A stretch of 58,534 nt of DNA, the filler included, from Dugesia japonica (taxonomy: Eukaryota), in assembly GCA_001938525.1 (NCBI GenBank). It is 5 parts of 5 records of this genome, joined end to end, with 100 filler letters (N's around TTAATTAATTAA, not from the genome) between each part and the next. Parts side by side here need not be neighbours in the genome. Positions count along the whole stretch, not along the records: positions 1 to 9,465 come from MQRL01197661.1; positions 9,566 to 18,425 come from MQRL01603137.1; 3 more parts are not named here. One strand, written 5' to 3'. Both the position numbers and the translations under genes were made by a program. Within the stretch, counting starts at the first letter, position 1; every line of letters begins with the position of its first letter. Below are positions 1 through 13,327 of this stretch, one piece after another. The notes under the pieces were generated by a model that was not told where the DNA came from, did not search any database, and saw nothing but the letters and a program-made list of their open reading frames with translations.

Positions 1-591
1 AATAACAGTGTGATGCTAGTCTTATCATTTATATTTTCGCAATATGAATATTTTATGTTTATGTATTATAATTTATTTTCATATATTTTATTTTCACTTA
101 AAATTGTTAATTGAGTCAACTAGTGACCCTTGTATCCTAGGTTGTAAACGTCTAATTTAGATTAAAACCATTTTATATTTTTGCATCCAGTCATAACGTG
201 TGATGAGAATTAGATAATGAATTGATATTTTCAATCGAATTGGAATTACAGCATATAAACAATTGAACAATTAAAGTAATTATTTGATTATAAATTGTCT
301 GAATTTAAAAATTTTTAATTGATCAGGTAAATGACGATTTGAAAATAGAGAATAATCAAAATATGAAAGGTAAAAATCTAACTGTAAAGAACAAGAAACA
401 AACAAAGAATAATTAAATAAAGAAGAAGACAAAGAAGCATACAAAGAGGAAGCATATAACAAAGAAACTGGTAAAGAAACAGTTGAGCGAATTCAAAAAA
501 CTATCAAAAAGCTTTGGAAAGAAACTTTCCAAAATGTTAATGGAAAATAGGTTAAGATTTAAACAATCTCTCTGTTTGTATTTTAAAAAAC

Positions 592-1325
592 ATGAAATTT
601 AAACAAAGTCTTCCGTTTTTTAATATATTTCTAAAGTTTCCAAAAGAGTCGACAAGAAAATTGTTTAAGTTATTTCCATCATTTATTATAAATAATTTGT
701 TAGAGATTTCATTAAAATAAAGAAAAAGCTTCTATCAAAATAAAATGTGTTTGTAAAGAAATTCAGATTTTTGACAAAGGTCTTCTTCAGGAATGATGAC
801 TTTTTGATGGATTCAAAATGACAATGAATCTTTGCTACAAAATTATAAATCTTTTATCGAGATTTTATTGGTCTATTTAAATTATAATTTTATTTTTGAA
901 ATTAGATCTCAAAAATTCTTTTTTTTTGATAAAGAATTTTTGAGATTTGAGATTTAATTTAAGTGTCGAAAATTTGAATTTCTTTACAAATACATTTCAT
1001 TTTGATCGAAGCTTTTTCTTTATTTTAATGAAATCTCAAATGCAATCAATGGTGAAGTCCAACAATTATTCTCACAATAATTGTAATTATAAAACTTGTT
1101 AGAGATTATTATGAAGATCGTTCGTGGTAATTCAATTATCAGTTAAAAGAAAAAAAACTAGAATTACAGCGTTATAAAATATCATTGCTTTCACTCATAA
1201 ATACAAAGAATAGGAAATTGATGAGAAAAATTATATATAAACAAAATGGGGGTTTTCTTGCTCTATTATTTCCAATCGCATTAGCAGCACTAGGAATAGT
1301 AAATTTTACACAAACAATAGGTAAT
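592..1325 (+). pseudogene. Polinton/adintovirus small basic core-like protein with adenain-type xGG|F motif, split by a palindromic insertion
   Basis: ATG 592 MKFKQSLPFFNIFLKFPKESTRKLFKLFPSFIINNLLEI, then after removing insert 709-1107: IMKIVRGNSIIS*KKKLELQRYKISLLSLINTKNRKLMRKIIYKQNGGFLALLFPIALAALG (one stop, one frameshift); resembles the Polinton family pattern E..N.L.GN...K..L..YK..L...Q.GGFL..L. Confidence 0.7.
703..1095 (+). mobile_element. Palindromic hammerhead-bearing Penelope-pLTR-like insertion, copy 1
   Basis: Inverted arms (~703-775 vs ~963-1037), 3' tail ATCAATGGTGAAGTCCAACAATTATTCTCACAATAATTGTAATT, 12-bp TSD TTGTTAGAGATT at 697-708 and 1096-1107; degenerate CTGAAGA hammerhead core on the minus strand at ~760-800. 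Confidence 0.85.
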
Positions 1326-1374
1326 TTGGAATCATTGTCGCATATTTATCTCCAATTTATATCAAATTGTTGTA

Positions 1375-2389
1375 ATGGACAAAATCGAACTAATATGGAC
1401 AGATCCGAAAAATCCAGCAGGGTTTAAATGAGTGATATACTATAGAAAGCAACACACAATTTGAAAAACGAGACGAAAAAGTGGTTATTGAACCAGTTAG
1501 CGTATAATCTGAATAAGCCAATGTTAAAAGGATTCCCGTATCAAACCTTTGGTATTGATAATTTATGTCAAATGGATTTGATGAAAATGATACCTTATTT
1601 GAAAATTAGTTAAGGATATAAGTATGTTTTAACATTTGTTGATGTTTTTAATAGATTTGCAAGAGCTGTATCGATAAAATCAAAATCCGTTAATGATATG
1701 AAAGAAGCAGTCAAGACAATATTCAAAGAGGGGCTTCCAGATAATTTGCAAACTGGTTTGGAAAAAGAAATTTACAATTGCAAAGCCAATAATATTATTA
1801 ATCATCTCAAAATGAATCGTTTTTCTGTATTTTCCCAATAAAAAGTAGCATACTTTGAAAGATTTAATCGAACATTGAGAGATGCGATTAAAAGTACTTT
1901 TCATATACTGTTAATAAAACCTGGATACACGTATTACCGAAAGTAATTAACAGATATAATCAAACCAATTAAAAGGAATTAAATAAAGAGAGACCCGTTG
2001 ATGTATCATCTGAAACTTTGGCTTTTCAGACAACAACCAAAAACTATCAAGAAATCCATATATAAAGTTGGTGATCATGTTTGAATCCCAAAGATATCAG
2101 ATCGTCATTCATCAAGAATTTTGACAGTCATTGGAGTGATAAAAAATTTCACATATCAAAAATCAATACAACGCAGAACTCAATCATGTATGTGATTAAA
2201 GATCATGAAGAAAATATCATTGTTGTAAAGTTTTATGAACAAGAATTATAACTTATTTCACAACCAATAGTATTTAAAAGAGAAAAGATTATCAGATCAA
2301 AGGGAATTGGGAAATGTAAACAATTATATGTAAATTGGCATGGATATGAAAAACCAAGTTGGATATCAACATCACAAGTAATAAATTAA
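1375..2389 (+). pseudogene. Polinton c-integrase (rve) with C-terminal chromodomain, disrupted
   Basis: Manual translation: MDKIELIWTDPKNPAGF...KWLLNQLAYNLNKP...GIDNLCQMDL...GYKYVLTFVDVFNRFARAVSIKSK...PDNLQT...ERFNRTLR...YKVGDHV...KFYEQEL...EKIIRSKG...LYVNWHGYEKPSWI; several stops and frameshifts. Confidence 0.92.
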
Positions 2390-2405
2390 ACAAAGAAGCA
2401 GAAAA

Positions 2406-2630
2406 ATGAGCAAAACGAATAATTTTTGTATACTATTACCGAGTAATAGTTGTTCACTTATTCATCCTGATAATAGTGCCAGTAATTTTATTGTTGAGTT
2501 TCAAAATCCAATTTATATGGATAGTCAATGGGAAGTTGCCCTGATGAATTTCACCTTTGTATACTCGACTTTTCCATTTTATAGCAAATCCCATATTGAA
2601 TATGTAACAGGAAAAGATGAATGGAAGTAA
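2406..2630 (+). pseudogene. Polinton penton / minor capsid protein N-terminus (decayed frame probably continues to ~3400)
   Basis: FCILLPSNSCSLIHPDNSASNFIVEFQNPIYMDSQWEVALMNF matches the F.L.LPSNS....P.N..S.F...L..PI.L...WEV.L motif of Polinton pentons; begins 17 bp after the integrase stop. Confidence 0.85.
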
Positions 2631-4875
2631 ATACTTGTTACAATTGATAATGAAGAAAAAAGATTGAGTAGTGATGATGTTATTCAAATATATGAAAAAG
2701 AATAATTTTACATTAAATTTTTACATCATGATAATGTATTGAAATTTGAGAATCTTGTAGATGTAAAGCGATTTGGATTTGACAATTTAAATAACGAGAT
2801 TGAAGACACAATTCATTTATTTCGATCGTTTAAAAACACTGATTCGATAGAAACCATAAAATAAAAGTTATTTCCTTTGTTAGAAAGTATTAATTTCGTT
2901 CAGTTAAAAGATGATTTGTTCCAAAGCAGTTATCACTATGTTTTTTGTCAAACTGGATTTGTCAACTGGATTTCATGGATAAACTGAAATATCCTATTCC
3001 AGGTGTTAATATACACATTCGAATGGAGAGAGCAGCTAATACATACCTTTAAACATAAGAAAAAAATTTTATAAAACTTCTTTCATTAAGACCGGAATTT
3101 TCTACTACATTCGATAAAAGGAGTGAACAATATAATCTGTTTATAATTTGTAACCGAGGAACCTAAATGGTTAGAATAGTTCGAATTGAATCATCAGTAC
3201 TGAAAGGTCATCAAATCGGATTAAAGAAGCAAAATTCAGTGAATACGATAAGAACCAAGGAAATTGTAGCATATACAATCAATAAAGATAGCACAACGTT
3301 TTATAAGGAGCAATTGTTTAGTGTTCATCGGTAACCCAACTTTTTGTTGGTAGCATTTAAAAGCAGAGATCGATGAAATGAACACTTTAAAACATGAAGC
3401 TCAAATTTTTATTATTTTAATGTCAAATCTCCTAATCTAAAATAACTTAAATGAGATGTATGTAATAAGAAAGTAGCTTACCATTTCAAAAATTGATGAT
3501 TAATTACAATTAGTAATGCTATAAGTAGATTGAAATTATGTAATTATGTAATTACAAATCAATTAGATAATTACATTTTCTGCAATTGGATAACTGTTTC
3601 ATACCTATTATTTCCATTGCGCCATTATATCATAAAATACTGTAACGTAATATATTTTAAAAATGTTTAGGACTTTTTTAAGTTAATAATAATGATTTTA
3701 TTATGTCATAATAATATGATTGTAGAATTATTTTTTATATTTGTTTCTTTTTATAGCTATATGCATGCAATACAAAAATTATTGCATAAATTTCGTCTAC
3801 AAAGGAGACAACCATAAGATTAAGGAAACATGTTATGATCAGAAATTCTCTGGAACTAAGTTCTACATTTGCCATACATGTAAAAACATAAGGTGCAGGA
3901 TTTTATAAGGAGCATGCAGACCACATTAAACAATTTGAATCGATTATTATTAAGAGATGTACTTACAGAAACTGATAATCTTATCAATTCAAATAAACCA
4001 GATTTGTACTAGTGGTTAACGATTTTAAAAAATTGTTTCAAAGGTTTATATATTTAATATATTTATTTATATATTTTATATATTTATATATTTAAGTACC
4101 AATAAAAATTTAGCTTTGGCACATTAGTTGTTTAGTGTTTGAAATTATACTTGTTAGTAGCTGGGCATACAGTAGATTTTATTAAGATGTAACCTACTTA
4201 AAATGTTTACATTCTTTGGAACTGCCTCTCAAAACTATGTAATAAACCATTTTTATAAAATTAATAATTAATGAACATTATAAAATATATACTTTAGAAT
4301 TAAATACGTAATAATTTAATTTTATCCAAACTAACTTAAAACATTCTTTTATATTTCCCTACAATACTAAAGAAACATTCATTTTAAAACGAATTTGAAG
4401 CTCTATTTATAAGCAAAACATGAAAATCGAGAATTTGAAATCCATCAGTTTATGAAATGATTATCATTTTCAAATGAAATGATTGCAAAAAATGGTAATT
4501 ATTTAAAATTTCAGCATCACCCTTGAGGTAGGATTGTCGATGCAATTTTAATGAGATATAAATACAAATAAATAAAATAACCAAACAAAATATAAAAGCA
4601 AATAATATTGTGGGTAATAATTACTTTAATAAAACAAACATATTAACAATTAATTTTTCGCGTTTTTAGTTTGGTAAAATCGTCCACTAAATTTTGAATT
4701 TTCAAGACGTTCGTTTTCAATAAATATTGTTGCTAATCCTATTAGTATATCTTGAAATATTGTAGTTCTTAAATACTTTTTTAATTTTTGAGAAACTACG
4801 CTCCACAAAACCTACTATAATGGGTATTGCCAATCGTAATATTTTCGAAAGTTAAGAGTGTTAAGTAATTATTAC

Positions 4876-5248
4876 CAGTGCCGGATTAGCTTTTTATTGT
4901 AGGCTTGGCTCAAAAAACGGAGTAAAACTAAAGTAGATACTCTAAGGCTCTGTAACCGATACATAAATAATATAATTTAATTATCCCTAAAAACAAATGG
5001 AAATATACGGCCTACTGTGTTAGTAAATCACACCGATTTTAGATAATAGTCCTGCAAATAGGCTATAATAAAAACAAATAACTAATGACGTTAAATTGTA
5101 CGTATTTAGCTCAATTCCGTAAACTTTCAGAAAAAACTAAGGGACATTGATCAACAATAAAATTAAACAAAATAATAATAACCATTAAACAAATAGTAGG
5201 CCAACAAAATAGTTCTACAAAAAAGTAGGCCTGGCACAAATAGCACTG
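4876..5248. mobile_element. Probable hAT-type MITE
   Basis: CAGTG...CACTG termini; 8-bp flanks ATTATTAC / ATTACTAG (2 mismatches). Confidence 0.4.
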
Positions 5249-6095
5249 ATTACTAGTGTTTAACACAACAATATTAAATGTTGCAAAGTCCAAATTAACT
5301 GCACCATGAATGAGAAAATAGTGATAAAAATAAAAAATAGTGTTGTTTCTTTTTTTATGCTGATGAAGAGTGTTCTCCTTTTTAAACTTATAAACAGAAT
5401 ATCGTTCTGTTGTTAGATTTGGAACATATCCGAAAATTTGTGCAGTTTTTGTTTATTTAACTATTATCTACAGTTTGACAATCTAAGTATAAAACCTTTT
5501 ATACAACTGTTATTACCGTAATATGCGACATGAAAGAGAAGATGACACGTCAAAAGGGCTCCCCCATAATATAGACGAAAGTTTTCGTATAAACATATAG
5601 ATGCTCTTTGCTTCGAGTTTTGTTTCATTTACCGATTTAATAGTTGCATTTGATATAGAAAATTGTCTTGTAAAAATATAAGCGATCTTCGACTATTAAG
5701 AAGATAACTACATAAAAATTATGTAATTATAAATATATATTGTATGTTATAAATGTAATATAATAAAGTATATATTATAAATGTATAATAATACGTTTAA
5801 TGTATCGTTGGCTGTTTTGATGGGGCACCGAGAGCGAAATATACAAAATTAAGTAAGTAATAATTATGAGGAAATAATTATTATTTAATAATTTTGAGCC
5901 AATAAAAATTCAGTTAATTCTGGATAAAGATTTTTAAAATACTATTCAATAATCATTTCTCTTATTAAATATAGTTTGTAGTAGTAAAATAAAAATGTCT
6001 AACAATATGAATTCTGATTTGCAAAATGAATTAACAAATGAAGATTTACCTAACAAAACAACTACACACATTTTATAATGATAACATCGCAGAAA

Positions 6096-6260
6096 TTCAT
6101 TTAATATAAAAGCTTAGATCAAAATTTCGGTTTTATTAATTGATATTTGATAACAATTAATAAAACCGAAATTTTGATCTAAGCTTTTATATTAAATGAA
6201 TTCCATAAAACGATCAATGGTTATGTCCAACAATTATTCTTGCAAGAATTGCAATTGTTA
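6096..6260 (+). mobile_element. Palindromic Penelope-pLTR-like insertion, copy 2 (truncated before the ribozyme)
   Basis: Near-perfect hairpin ~6094-6202, same ~60-bp tail, perfect 13-bp TSD AACATCGCAGAAA at 6083-6095 and 6261-6273. Confidence 0.88.
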
Positions 6261-8554
6261 AACATCGCAGAAAGTCTAGAAGTTGAACTTTTACATATAA
6301 AGGCCGTTTATAAAGTAAATATTGGTAACCACTTAATAACTCTAACATATTTAATAATTCAATAAATAAATTTCAATTAAAAGCTCTATTTCCAAATATA
6401 ATCAAGAAAGGATTAACTTATTTTGGAACAATTGGGATTATTTCTAACCGGACTCCACCAGAAATTGACCACACATATAAAATAATCCCCAAAATATTAT
6501 AAAACAAATTTTAACTAAAATAAATAATTTTCTTGGAGAAAATTTAACCACTAAACCATATCTTAACTTTTTATTAAAAAATTTCATTACAAAAAACTAT
6601 TAATTTTAATTTTTATAGACGAAGACAAAATTATACAAGAATTATCACTGTCTGTATTCCACAAATAAAAAATATTCACACTGTCGAATAGCTGTAAACA
6701 GTGAAGGTTATTTAATTGAGCATAAGGATAAGGATTAACTTTTATTTAATTATTATTAATCTTATCAAAATACACAGATTGATTAAGCCCTAGACATTTG
6801 TGTATGCAATGATNCATCATTGAATATAATAATGAGCATTCATGTATTTTGTTCTATTCCAGTATCTGTGAAGCAAGACGATATCTCAGTCATTTATCAA
6901 ACCTCAACATCACAAAACGATAAATTCATATCTAAAGATTTATTCACAATACAAAATTGAATTTTTCTTTTCTTCTCATAATTAAACTTAAAAACTAAAT
7001 ACTTGATGTTTGTGATATTTGCTTACATACAAACTCATTCAAAAATTATTTCATCTATTTATAAATTAAAAAAATATTCTTAATTACTATTTACATAAAT
7101 CTTTGCAAAATATATTCTAAGATTGACAGACTCAGGATTACTTTGTATGGAAGCCGAATTAGCAAAGAAATTCTAATATATCTGAAATAATTGATTATTT
7201 TTTTTTGAAACGAAGAAATCCCGAAAGGCTGAAAATAAATCAAATTGTTTTATTGTGAGTTTTTAATGTATCGCTCTTATTTTTATTTGTAAATTAAAAA
7301 TACAATAGTAAATATTTTTTAAAAAATTACATCTTTAATTAAAACATGCACAACCTCGGTAGTTGAGAATTTTCCAATTGAATATTTCACTAGTATTTTT
7401 TACTAGAATGGGTCAGTTTTATTCTATCGACTTACTTTGTTTGTTTAGCTGAATGGTAATGCATTTCAAACAAAATTATAAATAATCTCTAATAAAAATA
7501 AAAACTTTATTATAAATTGTCAGTGAATATAAGTTTCCAAAAAAAAAAAAACTTTGAAGAATCTGAAAAAACGAAAACATTTGTTTTACTGACGAAGGTA
7601 ATATAGTAAATATTTGAAAAAAGAAATTCATAATATTATTTTTTTTAGTTCGGCATTTAGTAATATTTTTGTAAAATATAATTTTAAATTTTTATTTCTT
7701 TTTTTATGTAAATTGATAGATTAAAATCTGTTTCAAACAGTTAACAAATAATTATCATTTACTACTGATAAAATTTTATTTCGGGTATAATTGATATCAT
7801 CTAAATTGATTAGAGAAAATATTGAATTTCCCAATTTCATCATCACTACTTACATTCAATGAATTTTTATTGGATACCGCATTTTTAAAAGAATCTGAAT
7901 CCAATAAAAAAAAGTTGGCATTGATTGGATAAATAAAAACTATTTGAATGATCTTTCTTTAATTAATTTGTAAATTTTTAACTTTTAAACTCAGTCAAAT
8001 TGATAATAAATGATTTNNNNNNNNNNNNNNNNNNNNNNNNNNNNNNNNNNNNNNNNNNNNNNNNNNNNNNNNNNNNNNNNNNNNNNNNNNNNNNNNNNNN
8101 NNNNNNNNNNNNNNNNNNNNNNNNNNNNNNNNNNNNNNNNNNNNNNNNNNNNNNNNNNNNNNNNNNNNNNNNNNNNNNNNNNNNNNNNNNNNNNNNNNNN
8201 NNNNNNNNNNNNNNNNNNNNNNNGGAAAATAATTTCTATTTTTATTAAAAACATAGATTTGATAATTTACACAGAAAGTTTATTATTATTCACACAATCC
8301 TTAAAAAATCAATATAGTATTGAAATTTTTCTGAAATACATTTGTTCAGGGTGCCTAAACTTATTTGTAAAATCAAATAACTTAAATACATAGAATGAAA
8401 AGTATGATTTGGGCTTGACACCAACTTTTTACTTATTAAATGTTATTATCAAATCAGTTAAGTTACAACTAAAATGGCATAAAACCACAAATAAGCAAAT
8501 TTTTTATGTGTTTCTGGAAAATTTTCTACTTTAAGATATTATAATATTATTACT

Positions 8555-8707
8555 ATAATTACAATTATTGCGAGAATAATTGTTGGATTTAACCATAGAT
8601 AGTATTTAAGATTTCATTTCGATCCAAATGTTGTTTTTTATAGTTTTTTAGTGGTTTGTTAGTATTTCGAATTTTCGTCTGTTGTCTTCTTCAGGAGTTT
8701 ACTTTTA
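8555..8707 (-). mobile_element. Same family, minus-strand copy with hammerhead core
   Basis: Reverse complement reads AAACTC-CTGAAGA-A-GAC-AACA-GAC-GAAA-AT-TC-GAAAT followed by the family tail (ATGGTTAAATCCAACAATTATTCTCGCAATAATTGTAATT). Confidence 0.75.
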
Positions 8708-8904
8708 AAAAGTTAAATCTTGAAGAAAATGTGTAAGTTTTATTTATACTTTAAGATTTTCATTTATGTTTTAATGTTTCTTCCTTAAGTATTAATGAAC
8801 TTTTTAATATAAATAAAATTAAAATTTTGTTATATTTTGTAAACAATTTAAAATTATCTAAAATTTGTAAGAAAATAACGTCCAATAAGTCATATCTAAA
8901 TTAT

Positions 8905-9460
8905 ATTTATTAATAGAAATAACATATATTACAATCGCCACACGCTTGCCAAAGGTAATTAGTGGATTTATCCCGGTATTTTAAAATTCTGGTATCCTGA
9001 ATTCAATAAATTGTCCAAAGGTTTTTTCAGAAGCACATTGGTTGTTAAACATTTCACCTGACGGGAAGAGACGAAGATGTTGGAAAAATGATAATCGATG
9101 AGTGAGAAGTTCGTCAAGAATCGTGAATGGTGCAAAATTTAGTAGTGCAACGCATTCTACTTTCTTTATCATCACTTAAGTAACCTAAGAACTAAGAGAA
9201 CTTATTCTGTTGACCAATGCCGGACGAAGTTTTTGCATATTTTTAATTCATTTTCTCGATTTCCTGGAAATAATTTTAATTTGTTATTGTATCTTCCCGA
9301 CTCAGAAAGTCATAATAAATAATAGCTCCAACATACCACCAAATGGTGAGAAGTCTACTTTTGGTGAAGTTCTGGTTTTGGAAAGTATTTTAGGATTTGG
9401 TCGCAAACAAGTAACTGTGCTGAAAGCTCACTATTGTGATATACTTTATAATGATATACT
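8905..9460 (-). pseudogene. Mariner (Hsmar1/cecropia-like) transposase C-terminal relic
   Basis: LLTIWW..GAIIYYDFL...TIT; LTHRLSFFQHLRLFPSGEMFNNQCASEKTFGQFIEFRIPEF..GINPL...WQ.C.DCN..YF, collinear with the Hsmar1 C-terminus. Confidence 0.8.
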
Positions 9461-9509
9461 TTGTANNNNNNNNNNNNNNNNNNNNNNNNNNNNNNNNNNN
9501 NNNNNNNNN

Positions 9510-9521
9510 TTAATTAATTAA
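9510..9521. other. Artificial scaffold-concatenation linker (N44-TTAATTAATTAA-N44, stop codons in all six frames)
   Basis: Identical 12-mer flanked by 44 N on each side recurs at 18470-18481, 29718-29729 and 44732-44743; segments on either side are not physically linked. Confidence 0.97.
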
Positions 9522-10999
9522 NNNNNNNNNNNNNNNNNNNNNNNNNNNNNNNNNNNNNNNNNNNNATTTATAAGTGTATTTATAGTTTTCATTAACTATA
9601 TTCTTTATAGGTTTATTTTTTTAACACATATTGTACGGGAAACTGAGACCATCATAAAAGATTAACTTTAATCTGTTTTCAAAAAATCATTTTACTATCC
9701 ATCAATTTATTTGATCTCAAAAACACAAATTCGAAAAATATTGACCTCTTAAGTGAAATATTAAACTAGGAAACAGAGTTTATGTTGTGTATAAAAAGAA
9801 AATTTCATTAAGCACTCTTGNNNNNNNNNNNNNNNNNNNNNNNNNNNNNNNNNNNNNNNNNNNNNNNNNNNNNNNNNNNNNNNNNNNNNNNNNNNNNNNN
9901 NNNNNNNNNNNNNNNNNNNNNNNNNNNNNNNNNNNNNNNNNNNNNNNNNNNNNNNNNNNNNNNNNNNNNNNNNNNNNNNNNNNNNNNNNNNNNNNNNNNN
10001 NNNNNNNGTATTTTTAGTTGGAAAACCTTATTTCAATGGATTATTCGTTGAGTAAGGAACGCGAGATTTGTCATAGAAATATGACCCCGGATTCATATAG
10101 CTGAACAGCATGGTATCAAAATGTACGTTTTGGTATTTTTAGTTAGTTATTTTATGCGTAAGTAACATAGTGCGATATTGGGAACGCGCAAATTCAACCC
10201 ATCCTCACTTATATCACCGTTCTTTTTTCGTCCGTGTGTGCTGTTTTAAACTGATTCCAATTTTCATATTGTATATTTAAATCGATATCGATATGATATT
10301 GGTGTTAAAATTGTTCAAATACTAAATAACCGACTTTTCTTAAACTACCTAGAATAATTTCAAAATAATTCTGCACCAACATACGGTTACCATGATGTTA
10401 CGAGTGCATTTTGATAAACATTTAGCAATTCTGTGTATTTATTAACAAACGATATGTAATATTTACATGTGATTTATTAAAATATAATTATCAATTAAGT
10501 TGCATTTTATTTACCATTGATCTACAAATCTCGTTTTTTTTAATTAACCATTTTTTTAATTTAGTCAATCTGACGGAAAATTTTACATTGTTTTCAGAAT
10601 AGAATTTTTGTTTAAAATAAATATTTGAGCATTGTGATAGATACTAAGCAACAAAATATTTAACCATTCTGCTATAATTGAAAATAACTTTCTTTTTTCT
10701 ATTTTACTTGAAATAAACTGATACTCTTGCATTATTGAAGAAATTTTCAATTTTATTCAAAATATACGATGTTTCACAGCCTAGTAAATCACAGATTTCA
10801 ACAAAAGAATAAATAATTAAATGTAATTTTGGCCTTAATATTGGTATAAAATAAAGTGCTTTATCCTAAATGTAATGATTTTCTGTGATAAATACAAAAA
10901 TCCATAAATTAATAATAGCCATATTTATCAATTAGTCTTTAAACTTTGTTTGCATACAATTTGTAGGATTACTAAAAATCACCCATCACTTCACTCCAC

Positions 11000-11790
11000 T
11001 TTTCGTGCAATCGCGAGTTTACGTTCGTCAGAATATGGAATGTTTATCAACAAATATTATTCAAGTCGCAAGTAACAAATCAATGTCTACCAATATAATT
11101 ATTTGTGACTTGTCGTTAACTTGCTCAAGATTGACTGTTAATATGCACATTAATAAATCAGGCATGCTTAAATATATGAAAAGACCAACAACTCCGGAAT
11201 TGAGAGTGCATCACAAAGTGAATAAACTACGGGCGAAAGAGCACATGACCTGGAATTTTGAATGCAAAAATTCAATTTAGATGGTCCTGATGGTTATAAT
11301 TATTACTAATATGACATTCACAAAGAAAGAATTACATCAATTCAATGATCAATGGGTAGAGACAGTGTTATAATTTTCTGTGCTTTTGGGAATTTCGGGA
11401 AAGTAATATTCGTTTCGCTGATACAAAACTTAACGCGGAAGTCTATCGAGAAATGTTTAAAACACATTTTGTTATCATAATTTTTGAAAGATTTAGCGGA
11501 TCAGATTTGTTATTCCTATTCACTGTTGTGCTTGGTTCAATGAAAACAAAATACAGCTATTAGAATGGTCATCACTTTCTCCAGACTTGAATCCCATTGA
11601 AAATGTATGAAGAGTAGAAATGTAAAAATATGTATGCTGGAGAAAATCAATTTTTCAATGTCAGCGACTTGAAATGAGCAATCGTCAAAGCATGTAAGAA
11701 CATTTCCCTTGACGAATTAAGAAAACACTCGGACAGTATACGAAGAAGAATTTTTGAAGTTATGCTAAACTAGGGGAAACCAAATAATAT
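11000..11790 (+). pseudogene. Tc3-like (Tc1 family) transposase relic
   Basis: PELRVHHK...RAKEHMTW; KFNLDGPDGYNYY; LLEWSSLSPDLNPIENV; SIRRRIFEV, all Tc3-type motifs with stops and frameshifts. Confidence 0.88.
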
Positions 11791-12059
11791 GTTAATATTG
11801 TTGATATATGTTTTTTAAAAGAAATTTGTAATGAGGTTAAAATTTTTCACCAATCATTTTTAAGCTAATTCTCATTTAACTATAATACAAATTTAGATGA
11901 TGTTCGAAATGATGGACAACTAACTTATAATTGATTGTAATGATATTAAATAAAAATATTTTTTATATTTGTTAATATATCTTAATAATAATCAAAGAAA
12001 TAGGATGAGGTTAGAATTTTTCACCTCACTGTATATGTAATTTTTCATGTTATTTATTG

Positions 12060-12350
12060 ACTCACCCTCGTATTTGTCGGTTGCAAATTGTTTTTCTGTC
12101 GTTAGGGTTGTCGAAATAAATCCATTTTTCGTCACCCTTAACAATTTAATGCAGAAAACTTTGTCTTTTTTCACGAGAAGGCAAAATTTCACATGTGAAC
12201 TTGCATCTTTCAATGTCTCGGCTTGAGTTCGTAAGGCGCTCACCTCCTTTGCTTGTGAGCCTTTCTCATGACTTTTAAACGTCGACCTAATGATTTGGCA
12301 GGATCATTTTGACTTGGAAAAGCTGCCGATCGGTCTTAAGAGATCCTCTA
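12060..12350 (-). pseudogene. Mos1-like mariner transposase fragment
   Basis: Alternative frame gives APYELKPR...ERCKFTCE...EKRQSFLH*IVKGDEKWIYFDNP. Confidence 0.85.
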
Positions 12351-12359
12351 TTCTATAAA

Positions 12360-12910
12360 ATCATATTTAACGGATGCAGCTTATTTTTGGTTACTTAGCT
12401 TCGTAAATTAGAAAAATTGTCGCATTTGGAGTACAGGACGATTTTGACTTCCACAAAAAGTACCAGTTAAGTAAGGTTTATAGTATGGAGGTGTAATTCG
12501 GCAGTACTTTTTGGAATACAAAAATGGCAATGCAGTTAATGTGGATGGAGTATGTAACAGGAACATGATTACCGATTTTTAGTAGCATGCATTATAAGAT
12601 ATTGATCTGGACAATATGTGGTTTCAATAAGATGACACATGCCATAAATCTCGTGTCAAAATCAATTNNNNNNNNNNNNNNNNNNNNNNNNNNNNNNNNN
12701 NNNNNNNNNNNNNNNNNNNNNNNNNNNNNNNNNNNNNNNNNNNNNNNNNNNNNNNNNNNNNNNNNNNNNNNNNNNNNNNNNNNNNNNNNNNNNNNNNNNN
12801 NNNNNAAACACTCATTGATCAGAAATCCAATATTAATCGTGTCATTCGTGAAATCAGTGTTGATTTGTGTGAAAAAGTATGCAAAAATTGGTGTTCCAGA
12901 ACCTCATTTC
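12360..12910 (+). pseudogene. rosa/DD41D-type Tc1-mariner transposase fragment
   Basis: TDAAYFWLLSFVN*KNCRIW; GGVIRQYFLEYKNGNAVNVDG...NMITDF; DIDLDNMWFQ*DDTCH. Confidence 0.75.
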
Positions 12911-13327
12911 TAAAAACGTTCATTTACAAGAAATAAATTTTTTAATAAAAATGTTATGAACCAATATAATAATATATAAATAATATATATAATACAAATA
13001 TGAATGACCACATTGATATTCTTTACTGTTATAGATGTTATTTGATAATCCTATTTAACTAAGCATTTATAAGTACATTTTAATTATCGGTAAATTTAGT
13101 GTTAATAAAACGTTTATTAAAAAGATTAGGAACCGTTGCAGCTCCATAGCCGGAGCTAGATATTTCGTTGGAGCCGAAGCGAAAATTCAAGCATCGGCTC
13201 CAAGATCCTGAAAAAAGTAAAATAAAATCCATGATAACCTTAAGAAATGTGTATATATATATATATATATAAATAATATTAAATTATCTTTACGTACAGA
13301 ATTTGAGTAGAATTATAAAAATATTAC

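Larger units (their letters stand above)
240..3400 (+). mobile_element. Decayed Polinton/Maverick (adintovirus-like) fragment
   Basis: Co-oriented relics in Polinton-like order: small basic ORF with QNGGFL motif, retroviral-type integrase with chromodomain, penton/minor capsid N-terminus. Outer boundaries approximate. Confidence 0.85.

Noticed and set aside
9466-9565. Recurrent TTAATTAATTAA palindromes between N runs as a biological repeat
   Set aside because: Identical 100-bp artificial linker; no synteny can be inferred across it
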